From: a virus
Lineage: Duplodnaviria > Caudoviricetes
Direction: 5' to 3' (one strand)
IMG/VR virus record: IMGVR_UViG_3300037423_001363
Location: 1 to 41,695 of that record
Length of the DNA stretch: 41,695 nucleotides
Part shown: positions 34,429 through 41,695 of the stretch, piece after piece
Layout: every line of letters begins with the position of its first letter
Position numbering within the stretch: the stretch's first letter is position 1
Notes under the pieces: generated by a model
What the model saw: the letters and a program-made list of their open reading frames with translations, nothing else
What the model was told of the DNA's origin: nothing
The model's database searches: none
Program-made: the position numbers and the translations under genes

Positions 34429-34506
34429 TGCTGGGGTCGCCTCCTAGCTGGCGATTCAAGGCCCTCCGTTGGCGTTCACGCGCCGCGGGGGGCCGTCTTG
34501 TTATGT

Positions 34507-34683
34507 TCAGGTGTTTCCTGCGGCTTGCCGGGCGGCCTCGCGGCGGCCCGTGTGATAGTCGATTGCCCGGTGCGAGCGGCCGGAGTACGCGGACCCACGG
34601 CAACGCTCGCCAGCGGGCGCGCCGCACACCGGGCAGTCGACATCGCGGCTAGTTATGCGCTTCCGCGCGCTTGATGCGGTCAT
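34507..34683 (-). CDS. Small phage Zn-finger protein (not in ORF track)
   Basis: AGGAG RBS; MTASSARKRITSRDVDCPVCGAPAGERC..H..R (58 aa). Confidence 0.75.
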   Translation of the reverse strand: MTASSARKRITSRDVDCPVCGAPAGERCRGSAYSGRSHRAIDYHTGRREAARQAAGNT

Positions 34684-34725
34684 GGCAGATCTCCTGAACA
34701 GGATGCGGTCTGATGCTGGCGGGTG

Positions 34726-35175
34726 TCAGGATGCTACGGCCATCGGCCGCTTGACCGGCCTGGTGTCGCGGGGCCGGCGGCTGCTCAGCGGTGTGGCCGA
34801 TGGTGGCCCGTTGGGGTCACGCCGCGGCTGGCCGAACCGCCGAGGTGCGACGTGCCGGACGGGCTTCGGGTCATCCTTACGGCTGCTCGCTAAACTACGG
34901 TTGAGGTCACGGCTGACCGAACGGGTAGTGGCAGCTCCCCCGGACGGCGGAAATAGCTCGAGCACGTCGACGCCGAGCACGCGCGCAATGCGCTGAAGAT
35001 CGGCCACGGTCATCTGCTGCCGTCCACGGACGCGGCGCATGACCCACATCTCGTTCTCGCCGAGAGCTCGGCCTAGATCGGCTTGATTCATCTCTCGGCG
35101 TCCCATCCAGGCGCGGATTTCTCCTGCTACCTGGCTGTTGAGCGAGTTCTCATGCTCAACGGGCGTCGTCGTCAT
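34726..35175 (-). CDS. Immunity repressor (XRE HTH) with long disordered C-tail
   Basis: VAGEIRAWMGRREMNQADLGRALG..W..RR.RG....DL.RIA.VLGV; divergent from the cro-like gene. Confidence 0.85.
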   Translation of the reverse strand: MTTTPVEHENSLNSQVAGEIRAWMGRREMNQADLGRALGENEMWVMRRVRGRQQMTVADLQRIARVLGVDVLELFPPSGGAATTRSVSRDLNRSLASSRKDDPKPVRHVAPRRFGQPRRDPNGPPSATPLSSRRPRDTRPVKRPMAVAS

Positions 35176-35277
35176 GACGCAATAGTTACTCACTCACAGG
35201 GTGATAGTCAACAGTCCACGCATAGTTATCTACTCTGGGTGTTGTGCTCTAACGTCTGGCGTGAGACAGTTGCTGCC
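35176..35277. promoter_or_regulatory. Divergent leaderless promoters and operators (genetic switch)
   Basis: Right: TTGTGC-N17-GACAGT-N7-ATG. Left: TTGACT-N18-AACTAT-N6-ATG. Quasi-palindromes CTCAC-N7-GTGAT (35189) and CTAAC-N7-GTGAG (35249), one in each spacer. Confidence 0.6.
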
Positions 35278-35508
35278 ATGAGCGAGACACCAACGTATCA
35301 GGTGGCAATGGAGATCCGGGCCGTGATGGGGCGCAAACGCGTCACACAGACCGAACTCGCCACCTTGATCAACATGCCGGTTGCGACCCTGCGCCGCCGG
35401 CTATCCGGCGATATCGAGATCTCGGTCAACGACCTCGCCGTCATCGCCGCCGCGTTGGACGTGCCCGCCACCGACCTCATCCCCATCGCAGAGGAGCGCG
35501 CGTCATGA
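35278..35508 (+). CDS. Cro-like XRE HTH protein
   Basis: VAMEIRAVMGRKRVTQTELA..RRLSG..DL..IA.ALDV. Confidence 0.85.
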   Translation: MSETPTYQVAMEIRAVMGRKRVTQTELATLINMPVATLRRRLSGDIEISVNDLAVIAAALDVPATDLIPIAEERAS

Positions 35509-36254
35509 CGTACGAGTACAAGAGGACCGTCGCTGCGGCGGTGGCCGAGACCAAGAGCAAGTTCGCGCTGGCCGAGGCGCTCGCGACCGACATCCCCCCG
35601 AAGCGTCGGGGACCCGGCCCCGAGATGACCGTCACCGAGCACTTGATCCTCGCCGTGCTGGAGATCAAGCAGGCCGGTGGCGAACCGCGCTCGGTCGAGA
35701 CGCTCGCCGAGTACCGCGATGTCGCTCATTGGGTTTCCCGGGGAACCCCGGGAAACTATCGGTGGATTTCGGGCATCTCATTCACAACCCACCTTGAGGC
35801 AAACAAGGCCGGGCTCTCCTACGAGGAGTTCGCGAAGAACCCGAAGCGGCCCGCTCGCCGACCCGATACCGCCAAGAAGGCCGAGGCCGCGCGGAAGCTG
35901 CTCGACGACCCCGAGGTGGTCAAGCAGGTCATCAACGACCCGGCAACCCGCACCAGCGTGCGGAAGGCCCTCGACGAGGCGTACGCCGGCGCGCCCAAGC
36001 CGTACGCGGACCACACCGACAAGCAGCCGCACGACCACGAGGTCGAGGTGCTCGTCCGCCTCCGAGCGATCAGCGCAGCCATCAGGGCCGCCACCGACGT
36101 CATTCATTCCGGCCCATCGCTGGGTGCCACCACCGACGACCTTGCGGCCATCGTAGGCCGGCAGATCGAAGAGCTTCACGTCCTGCGCGAGGTCCTCGCC
36201 GGCCGCACCGACATGGACGCCGAACTCGCCAAGATCCTGGAGAACGGAGCATGA
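35505..36254 (+). CDS. Hypothetical helical protein (possibly DUF6192/RacO-like)
   Basis: ATGA coupling; SVETLAEYRDVA..SFTTH; ends DAELAKIL. Confidence 0.7.
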   Translation: MTYEYKRTVAAAVAETKSKFALAEALATDIPPKRRGPGPEMTVTEHLILAVLEIKQAGGEPRSVETLAEYRDVAHWVSRGTPGNYRWISGISFTTHLEANKAGLSYEEFAKNPKRPARRPDTAKKAEAARKLLDDPEVVKQVINDPATRTSVRKALDEAYAGAPKPYADHTDKQPHDHEVEVLVRLRAISAAIRAATDVIHSGPSLGATTDDLAAIVGRQIEELHVLREVLAGRTDMDAELAKILENGA

Positions 36255-36727
36255 GCCGCCACCGGGTCGAGAACCGGGCGCACCTCATCTACGACTACCT
36301 GTGCCAGCACCTCGGCGAAGGGTTCACCATCGACGAGCTGTGCCACGCGGTCGGGATCAACGACGGCGCCACGACCCGTAGCGCCATCCGCCGCGCCCGC
36401 GACCTGGCCACCGAGGCGGGACTGCACTTCCCACCCGCCGTACCCACGACCGGGTTCACGTACCTGGTGACCAGGCTGCCCGGCGACGCACTCGACCCGG
36501 CGCTGCACATGGCCCGCATCGAGGCAGGTGTCCGAGCCCGCAAGCAAGACGGCACCGAGTACATGCGCCGGCACCTGCGCGACGTACCCCCCGAGCTTCG
36601 ACCCCTCGCGCGGATGTTCGTCAACATGGAGCGGAAGACGGAACGCGCGCTGGCCGAGCTGCGGCGCGAAGCCGACGACATGATCGTTGAACTCGTCGCG
36701 CTGCGCCGCAGCGATCCGGAGCGGTAG
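36251..36727 (+). CDS. Winged-HTH-like protein (possibly RacP-like)
   Basis: IYDYL..GFTIDELCHAVG..SAIRRARD; coupled to the previous gene. Confidence 0.7.
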   Translation: MSRHRVENRAHLIYDYLCQHLGEGFTIDELCHAVGINDGATTRSAIRRARDLATEAGLHFPPAVPTTGFTYLVTRLPGDALDPALHMARIEAGVRARKQDGTEYMRRHLRDVPPELRPLARMFVNMERKTERALAELRREADDMIVELVALRRSDPER

Positions 36728-36730
36728 GCC

Positions 36731-37336
36731 ATGACCAGCCCCGGCGGACCCGGGCCGAAGCCGACCGGACCCACCCACCCGCAGCCGACCGGCCCCGGCC
36801 GCGGCAACGGCCACGCGCTGCCGCCCATCCTCGCCGCCATTGCGGCGTTGACCTTCGTCGGCCTGGTCGTCGCATCCAACTGGCTGACCGCCCGGTACGG
36901 CCTCGTGCTCGGCTTGGTCACCGCCGGCACGTTCACCGCCGGCCTGGTCCTGGCTGCCCGTGACGCCGTCCGCGAGGCCGCGGGCATCTGGGCGTCGCTC
37001 GGTTGCGTCGCCGTTGGCTGCGCCCTGTCCGTGGTCATGTCGACGCCGCAACTAGCGCTGGCATCCGGGGCCGCGTTCGCCCTGTCCGAGTTGGTTGACA
37101 CCGCGGTCTACGAGCCGCTACGCCGCCGCAGCCGGACCCGGGCGTTGGCCTGGTCCAACCTGGTCGGCTCCGTGGTCGACAGCGTCCTGTTCCTGACGCT
37201 GGCCGGGTTCCCGCTATGGCCGGCCGTCGCCGGTCAGGTCGCCGTGAAGTGGGCCGTCTGCGTCGCGCTGCCCCTGCTCGCTATCGGGGGTGCCCGTGCG
37301 GTACTTCGCGACCGCCTCCGGACCGAAGGTGCGTGA
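36731..37336 (+). CDS. VUT family (YhhQ-like, queuosine-precursor transporter) membrane protein
   Basis: ASNWLT..AGTFTAGL....RD.V.E..LALASGAAFALSELVD..VY..L..SN.VG..VDS.LFL.LAG. Confidence 0.88.
   Translation: MTSPGGPGPKPTGPTHPQPTGPGRGNGHALPPILAAIAALTFVGLVVASNWLTARYGLVLGLVTAGTFTAGLVLAARDAVREAAGIWASLGCVAVGCALSVVMSTPQLALASGAAFALSELVDTAVYEPLRRRSRTRALAWSNLVGSVVDSVLFLTLAGFPLWPAVAGQVAVKWAVCVALPLLAIGGARAVLRDRLRTEGA
36787..36822 (+). repeat. 36-bp direct repeat, left of VUT-TGT cassette
   Basis: GACCGGCCCcggCCGCGGCAACGGCCACgCGCTGCC; 32/36 identical to 37948-37983. Confidence 0.85.
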
Positions 37337-37949
37337 CGCGATGGCCGCCGGACTGCTCGACCAGATCATCACCCCGGCCGCCGGCAACGCCATCACACCT
37401 GGGGTGGCCTTCTGCGCGGATAACGGGGTGTTCGGTGGCACCTATCCCGGCGACGACGCCTACCTCGCATGGCTCACCGACCGGCAACACCACGCCGACG
37501 CCTGTCAGTTTGTCGTCGCGCCCGACGTCGTCCGCGGTCCCGCTGGTGAACTGCGGCCGGACGCCGCGGCGACGCTCGCCCGCAGCGCGCCGATGCTGCC
37601 GCGCATCCGGGCGCTCGGCTTCCCCGCCGCCCTGGTGGCGCAGAACGGCCTCGAACACCTTGACGTGCCGTGGGACAACTTCGACGTGCTGTTCATCGGC
37701 GGCGACGACGGGTGGAAGGAAGGCCCGCACGCCGCACGGTTGGCCGCCGAGGCGAAGGCGCGCGGCAAACCGGTGCACATGGGCCGGGTGAACAGCCTGC
37801 GCCGGCTACGGATCGCGCAGGCCATCGGCTGCGACTCGGTCGACGGCACCTTCCTCGCGTTTGGCCCCGACCTGAACCTGCCCACCCTGCTTGCGTGGCT
37901 ACGCGAGATCGCCTGGCCGACCCTCTTTGACCTGCGAGGTGTGGCATGA
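37296..37949 (+). CDS. TGT/DpdA-like base-exchange enzyme (putative)
   Basis: ADNG.F, APDVV..D..AT, VAQNG, LFIGG, VHMGRVNS, DSVDGT resemble TGT-fold motifs; overlaps the VUT gene. Confidence 0.65.
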   Translation: MRYFATASGPKVRDAMAAGLLDQIITPAAGNAITPGVAFCADNGVFGGTYPGDDAYLAWLTDRQHHADACQFVVAPDVVRGPAGELRPDAAATLARSAPMLPRIRALGFPAALVAQNGLEHLDVPWDNFDVLFIGGDDGWKEGPHAARLAAEAKARGKPVHMGRVNSLRRLRIAQAIGCDSVDGTFLAFGPDLNLPTLLAWLREIAWPTLFDLRGVA

Positions 37950-38269
37950 CCGGCCCGACCCGCGGCAACGGCCACACGCTGCCCGACCTGCCGCCGCTCG
38001 ACGAGGTCGTCCTGTCCGCCAGGATCCTCGGCGAGCAACTCATCAACGCCCTCGGCCGCGACTTCGACCCGCAGACCGCATCCATTGCGGAGGCGTACCC
38101 AGGCGAGCCGCTGGCCCACGTCAAGCTGGCGATGCTGCGCTCTGACGTCCTGCAGGTGCTGCGCGGGCTGACCGAAGTGAGTCGCCTCGCCGTCGGGAAT
38201 GCGGCCGACCGTGTGATGTTCCCAGACCGCCCGGCCCTTACGCCGGGTGAGACCCGGAGGACCGCATGA
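37946..38269 (+). CDS. Hypothetical protein
   Basis: ATGA coupling; MTGPTRGNGHTLP. Confidence 0.7.
   Translation: MTGPTRGNGHTLPDLPPLDEVVLSARILGEQLINALGRDFDPQTASIAEAYPGEPLAHVKLAMLRSDVLQVLRGLTEVSRLAVGNAADRVMFPDRPALTPGETRRTA
37948..37983 (+). repeat. 36-bp direct repeat, right of VUT-TGT cassette
   Basis: GACCGGCCCgacCCGCGGCAACGGCCACaCGCTGCC. Confidence 0.85.
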
Positions 38270-38814
38270 GCCGCGACCAGTCGCTCTCCATCGAGGACCT
38301 CGCCCAGCGTTACGCGGCCGGCGAAACCGTCCGCGGTCTCGCCGCCTCGATCAACCGGTCGTACGGATTCGTCCACAGCAAGCTCAGCGAGGTCATGCAG
38401 CTGCGGCCGGCAGGGCCGCCCCGCGTCCTAGACGAGGACACCCGCACGCGCAGGCGCAGCATCTATCCCACCGCCCAGAGCCGGGCACAGACCGCCCTGT
38501 GCCGTGAGCACCACGGCCGCTACCGCGAGCTTTATCAGGAGCAGCAGCAGACCCGGCCCGACGCGACACCCTCTGCCTGGCAAAGCGCGGCCAGAACCGC
38601 GCTGGGACACGAGTACTCCGCGCGATACCGGCAGCTGTACCTCGCCGCCGTAGCGGACCTACGGGCCGCGCGTTTCGAAGACCGCCCGGGTCCGGACGCC
38701 CGGGTGAAGGCGCTGACGCCCAGCGGTGCCGCCGGCTCGCCCCCGGCGCGCGAAAGCGACGACGCGCCCCAAGCCGTCCGAGCAGGGGCAAACGTGACAG
38801 CACCACCGACGTAG
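38266..38814 (+). CDS. HTH DNA-binding protein
   Basis: RYAAGETVRGLAASINRSYGFVH..L..LRP; duplicated A..AL..E....YR.LY motif. Confidence 0.75.
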   Translation: MSRDQSLSIEDLAQRYAAGETVRGLAASINRSYGFVHSKLSEVMQLRPAGPPRVLDEDTRTRRRSIYPTAQSRAQTALCREHHGRYRELYQEQQQTRPDATPSAWQSAARTALGHEYSARYRQLYLAAVADLRAARFEDRPGPDARVKALTPSGAAGSPPARESDDAPQAVRAGANVTAPPT

Positions 38815-38894
38815 TTGCGGCTCGCCCCGGTGTCTCGGGACGAGCCGCGGACAACCCCACCCAGCACGCCGAAAGGACAGAAAGGGGTCGACCA

Positions 38895-39224
38895 ATGGAA
38901 ACGGTAGCCGTGGTCGAACGAGAAGAGAAGCCGGCGCGGGAGCTTCGCCGCGGCGACTGGACGGCATTGTGGTTCATCGCCGAGGTGCGCTACGCCGAGG
39001 TGTACGTCGAACGCGGCAGGGAGGTCGTGCTGGTCGTCTCTCGGGATCCGCATTACAGCCATCCCGAGGTGGACCGACTGGACGCCGACCTGCGGGTGAC
39101 CCTCGCCAACCCGGATGAGATTCCGGAAGACCCGTTCGCGTCCGGCCGCGAGCTCGACGACGAGCCCGGCCTATTGCCTTCGTGGGTCGAGGGTCACCAC
39201 GAGACCGGCCGAACACCCTCCTGA
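38895..39224 (+). CDS. Hypothetical protein
   Basis: GAAAGGGG RBS; KPARELRRGDW. Confidence 0.7.
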   Translation: METVAVVEREEKPARELRRGDWTALWFIAEVRYAEVYVERGREVVLVVSRDPHYSHPEVDRLDADLRVTLANPDEIPEDPFASGRELDDEPGLLPSWVEGHHETGRTPS

Positions 39225-39386
39225 CTTCGGTGCTCGACGTCCGGCCCCCCCTGTCGTCGAGCACCGAGCGGCCGGGCCCGACCCCATCCAAGGCCCGGCA
39301 GGCCCGGGACGTCGGACTCGCACCCGACGTCCCGGGCCACACCCGAACCACCCGAACCGCGACACCCCGGAAGGCCACATACAGCT

Positions 39387-39731
39387 ATGACCGATCTGAT
39401 CCTGGAAAACAAGAACCAGCCCAACGAGACGGCCGTCTTCGGCGGCGGCGCGGTCATGATGACCCCGATGGTCGACGAGGACTACTGGACCTATCGCGTC
39501 CGGCTGTCGGAGAAGCAGGCCGTTCTCGGCTTCCCGAAGTTCCTGACCGTAAGCATCGGCTTCGCGCAGGAAGAGGACTGGAACACCAACTTCCCCTACA
39601 CCTGCGATACCGAGGAGATCTTCCAGCACATCAAGCACAACAAAGGCGACGACTCGATCGCCGACGACGACGTGCGCGTCGCGATCAAGCTCATCCAGGA
39701 CGCCGCGACGGCCGACCGGAGCGCGTCGTGA
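39387..39731 (+). CDS. Hypothetical protein
   Basis: Strong coding bias; DYWTYRV.L..FPKF..IGFAQE.DWNTN.PY. Confidence 0.8.
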   Translation: MTDLILENKNQPNETAVFGGGAVMMTPMVDEDYWTYRVRLSEKQAVLGFPKFLTVSIGFAQEEDWNTNFPYTCDTEEIFQHIKHNKGDDSIADDDVRVAIKLIQDAATADRSAS

Positions 39732-40039
39732 CCATCACCAGCATCTACGACACGGGCGAAATACCAGCCCCGGTCGGCGAGCGCACCGCCAACCTCGCCC
39801 CGTACGGTTTCCTGCCACCCGCCATGCGCCGACCCGACGCCACCGAGGAAATCCCAGTCGTCCGGCCGGACGAGACGGGTCTGAACATCCTGCGCCCTAC
39901 CATCCCCGCCGCGCCGTTCTACCGCCGTTACCGTGGCCGTCACCGCCGCGAGCCGAGCGTCCTGCCGGTGCTGCTGGTGCTGGTCGGCCTGTGGGTGTTC
40001 GGCTGCGGCGCCGCCATGCGCATGGTCGGTGCGTTTTGA
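39728..40039 (+). CDS. Protein with C-terminal TM
   Basis: GTGA coupling; YRGRHRR followed by a TM. Confidence 0.65.
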   Translation: MTITSIYDTGEIPAPVGERTANLAPYGFLPPAMRRPDATEEIPVVRPDETGLNILRPTIPAAPFYRRYRGRHRREPSVLPVLLVLVGLWVFGCGAAMRMVGAF

Positions 40040-40341
40040 GCGCCGACGTGAAGCCGAACGCTGAGCCGGACGCCGACGGGTCGCGGGTTATCACCCCGGC
40101 CGAGATTGATGCGCTGAACGGCCGTAGCCGATTGCTGCGCGGGGCCAGCCTGTGGCCGACCCAGCCGGTCCGGGTCCACCGCTTCTGGTGGCGGTGGACG
40201 GTCGCCGCGCACCCAACCGGGAAGGTCGTCGCCCAAGGTCACGCATTCTTCGAGCGGTGGGCTTGGCACGCGGCCGGCCGGGCCGCGGCGCAGATCTACA
40301 ACGCCAAGCACAAGCCGCAGAAAGCCGAGGCCGAGAAATGA
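40036..40341 (+). CDS. Hypothetical protein
   Basis: TTGA coupling; Trp-rich. Confidence 0.55.
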   Translation: MSADVKPNAEPDADGSRVITPAEIDALNGRSRLLRGASLWPTQPVRVHRFWWRWTVAAHPTGKVVAQGHAFFERWAWHAAGRAAAQIYNAKHKPQKAEAEK

Positions 40342-40568
40342 CCGCCTACTTCCGCGTCATCGTCGAAGACCTGGAGACCGGCGATGTCCGGTCCATGGAG
40401 ATCGCCGAGGGCGACTACACGCTCATCGCGCTCGAGCCGTGCCACCTGACGTACACCTCGCGGTCCGCCAACGGGACCGTGCAGCTGACGATCAAGGACC
40501 ACCACCCGGCAGGCCCGATGCGTAACGCCTACATGGAGAACGCCCAAGGACAGCGGGCCGAGACATGA
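40338..40568 (+). CDS. Hypothetical protein
   Basis: ATGA coupling; FRV.VEDLETGD. Confidence 0.7.
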   Translation: MTAYFRVIVEDLETGDVRSMEIAEGDYTLIALEPCHLTYTSRSANGTVQLTIKDHHPAGPMRNAYMENAQGQRAET

Positions 40569-40810
40569 ACCGGTACTTGATCTGGTCGAACGAACACGCG
40601 ATGTGGTGGCGGGAAAACGAGTCGGGTTACACGCAGCACATCGACGAAGCCGGCCGCTACGACCGGGCCGACGCCGAGCGCATCGTCGCGGACGCCACCG
40701 TCGGCGGGCAGCTGTCCACCCAGCGGGAGGACCCGCGCAACGGCTGCAAGTACCGGGAGTTCTCCGAGGTCATCGTCGCCGCACCCGAAACGCTGGAGGC
40801 AACCGAGTGA
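40565..40810 (+). CDS. Hypothetical protein
   Basis: YLIWSNEH.MWW....GYT....AGRY. Confidence 0.75.
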   Translation: MNRYLIWSNEHAMWWRENESGYTQHIDEAGRYDRADAERIVADATVGGQLSTQREDPRNGCKYREFSEVIVAAPETLEATE

Positions 40811-41646
40811 AGATCGCTCGCAGGGACAACGGCCGCGGCCACTGGTACATCGACCTCGACACCGGCGAACGTGTGCCCGGGGTCACCACCCTCGTCGGCG
40901 ACGGCATGCCCAAACCCGCCCTGCTCAACTGGGCCGGCGAAGCCACCGCCGAATACGCCGTGGACAACTGGGACGACCTCGCCAAACTGCCGCTGACCGA
41001 ACGGCTGAAGAAGATCAAAGGCGGCCGCTACGAGAAACGCGACGCCGCATCCAATAAAGGCACCCAGGTCCACAAGATGGCCGAGCGGCTCATCGCCGGC
41101 GAGAAGGTCACCGTCCCCGACGCGCTCACCGGCTACGTCGACTCCTGCGTGAAGTTCCTCGACGAGTTCGACGTCCGCGCCGTGCACGTCGAAGCGGTCG
41201 TCTACTCCGAGACCCGCCGACACGTCGGCACCATCGACCTGATCGCCGACGTTCTTCTCCCGGACATGCCCGAATACGACCACATCGACCGCGGCGAGGA
41301 CGGCTACTCCCGCGGCCTGCTGGATTGGAAGACATCCAAATCCGGGATCTTCGGCGACGTCGCCATGCAGCTGTCGCCGTACCGGTTCTCCGAATATCTG
41401 ATCACCGCCGACGGCGAGGTCATCGACATGCCGCCGGTGGACTTCTGCGCCGGGATCCACCTGCGGCCGGACGGCTACACGTTCGTGCCGCTGTTGTGCG
41501 GCGAGGAGCAGTACCGGGACTTCCTGTACATCAAGGAAGTGGCGCGGATCCAGGCGGGGCTGCGGGATCTGGTCGGCGAGCCGATCGTCCCGCCGACCGC
41601 CTCGGTGTACGTGCTCGAAAAGGCCGACGGGGGGATGGAGTCCTGA
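40807..41646 (+). CDS. PD-(D/E)XK (Cas4-like) recombination exonuclease
   Basis: PGVTT....KPAL..WA, GT.VH..AE, GTIDL, LLDWKTS, QL..Y; coupled to erf across the junction. Confidence 0.88.
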   Translation: MKIARRDNGRGHWYIDLDTGERVPGVTTLVGDGMPKPALLNWAGEATAEYAVDNWDDLAKLPLTERLKKIKGGRYEKRDAASNKGTQVHKMAERLIAGEKVTVPDALTGYVDSCVKFLDEFDVRAVHVEAVVYSETRRHVGTIDLIADVLLPDMPEYDHIDRGEDGYSRGLLDWKTSKSGIFGDVAMQLSPYRFSEYLITADGEVIDMPPVDFCAGIHLRPDGYTFVPLLCGEEQYRDFLYIKEVARIQAGLRDLVGEPIVPPTASVYVLEKADGGMES

Positions 41647-41695
41647 TGTCGGTCCAAGCCATCCCGGGCGCCGACCTGAAGTCGATCGACGAGGC
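41569..41695. repeat. Terminal direct repeat (copy 2)
   Basis: Identical to 1-127. Confidence 0.95.

Noticed and set aside
34484-34511. TTATGTTCAGG as the XerD arm of a dif-like site
   Set aside because: No matching XerC arm at 6-bp spacing.
1-41695. tRNA genes, CRISPR arrays, reverse transcriptase/DGR/retron, transposases
   Set aside because: No cloverleaf with a T-loop, no regular repeat-spacer array, and no RT or DDE motifs were seen by eye; tRNAscan and HMM runs would be needed to exclude them fully.

Overview
This window is an apparently complete, circularly assembled genome of about 41.57 kb from a high-GC temperate siphovirus of Actinomycetota. Accessory genes suggest a Micromonosporaceae host (inference). 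Bases 1-127 are identical to 41569-41695, which looks like an assembler overlap. Modules in order: recombination and replication (PD-(D/E)XK exonuclease wrapping the ends, ERF annealase, MT-A70 adenine methyltransferase with a nuclease-like partner, Rep protein with internal palindromes); late regulators; two HNH genes; terS/terL; portal; HK97 protease; capsid; an expanded neck cassette; tail genes with a CCCTTTC -1 frameshift and tape measure; amidase lysis cassette; a moron region; a short tyrosine integrase; a repressor/cro switch; and early genes including a VUT transporter plus TGT/DpdA-like cassette. Top observations: (1) a perfect 31-bp inverted repeat places the same in-frame peptide (ALDYMNRTGR) in the tape measure protein and in an antisense DUF4190-like membrane protein; (2) a salvage-only deazaguanine-type cassette is bounded by in-frame 36-bp direct repeats; (3) a shared promoter module drives two distant leftward membrane-protein morons; (4) the repressor and integrase have features of integration-dependent immunity; (5) several structured RNA leaders. 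All family calls come from motif recognition by eye, not database searches.
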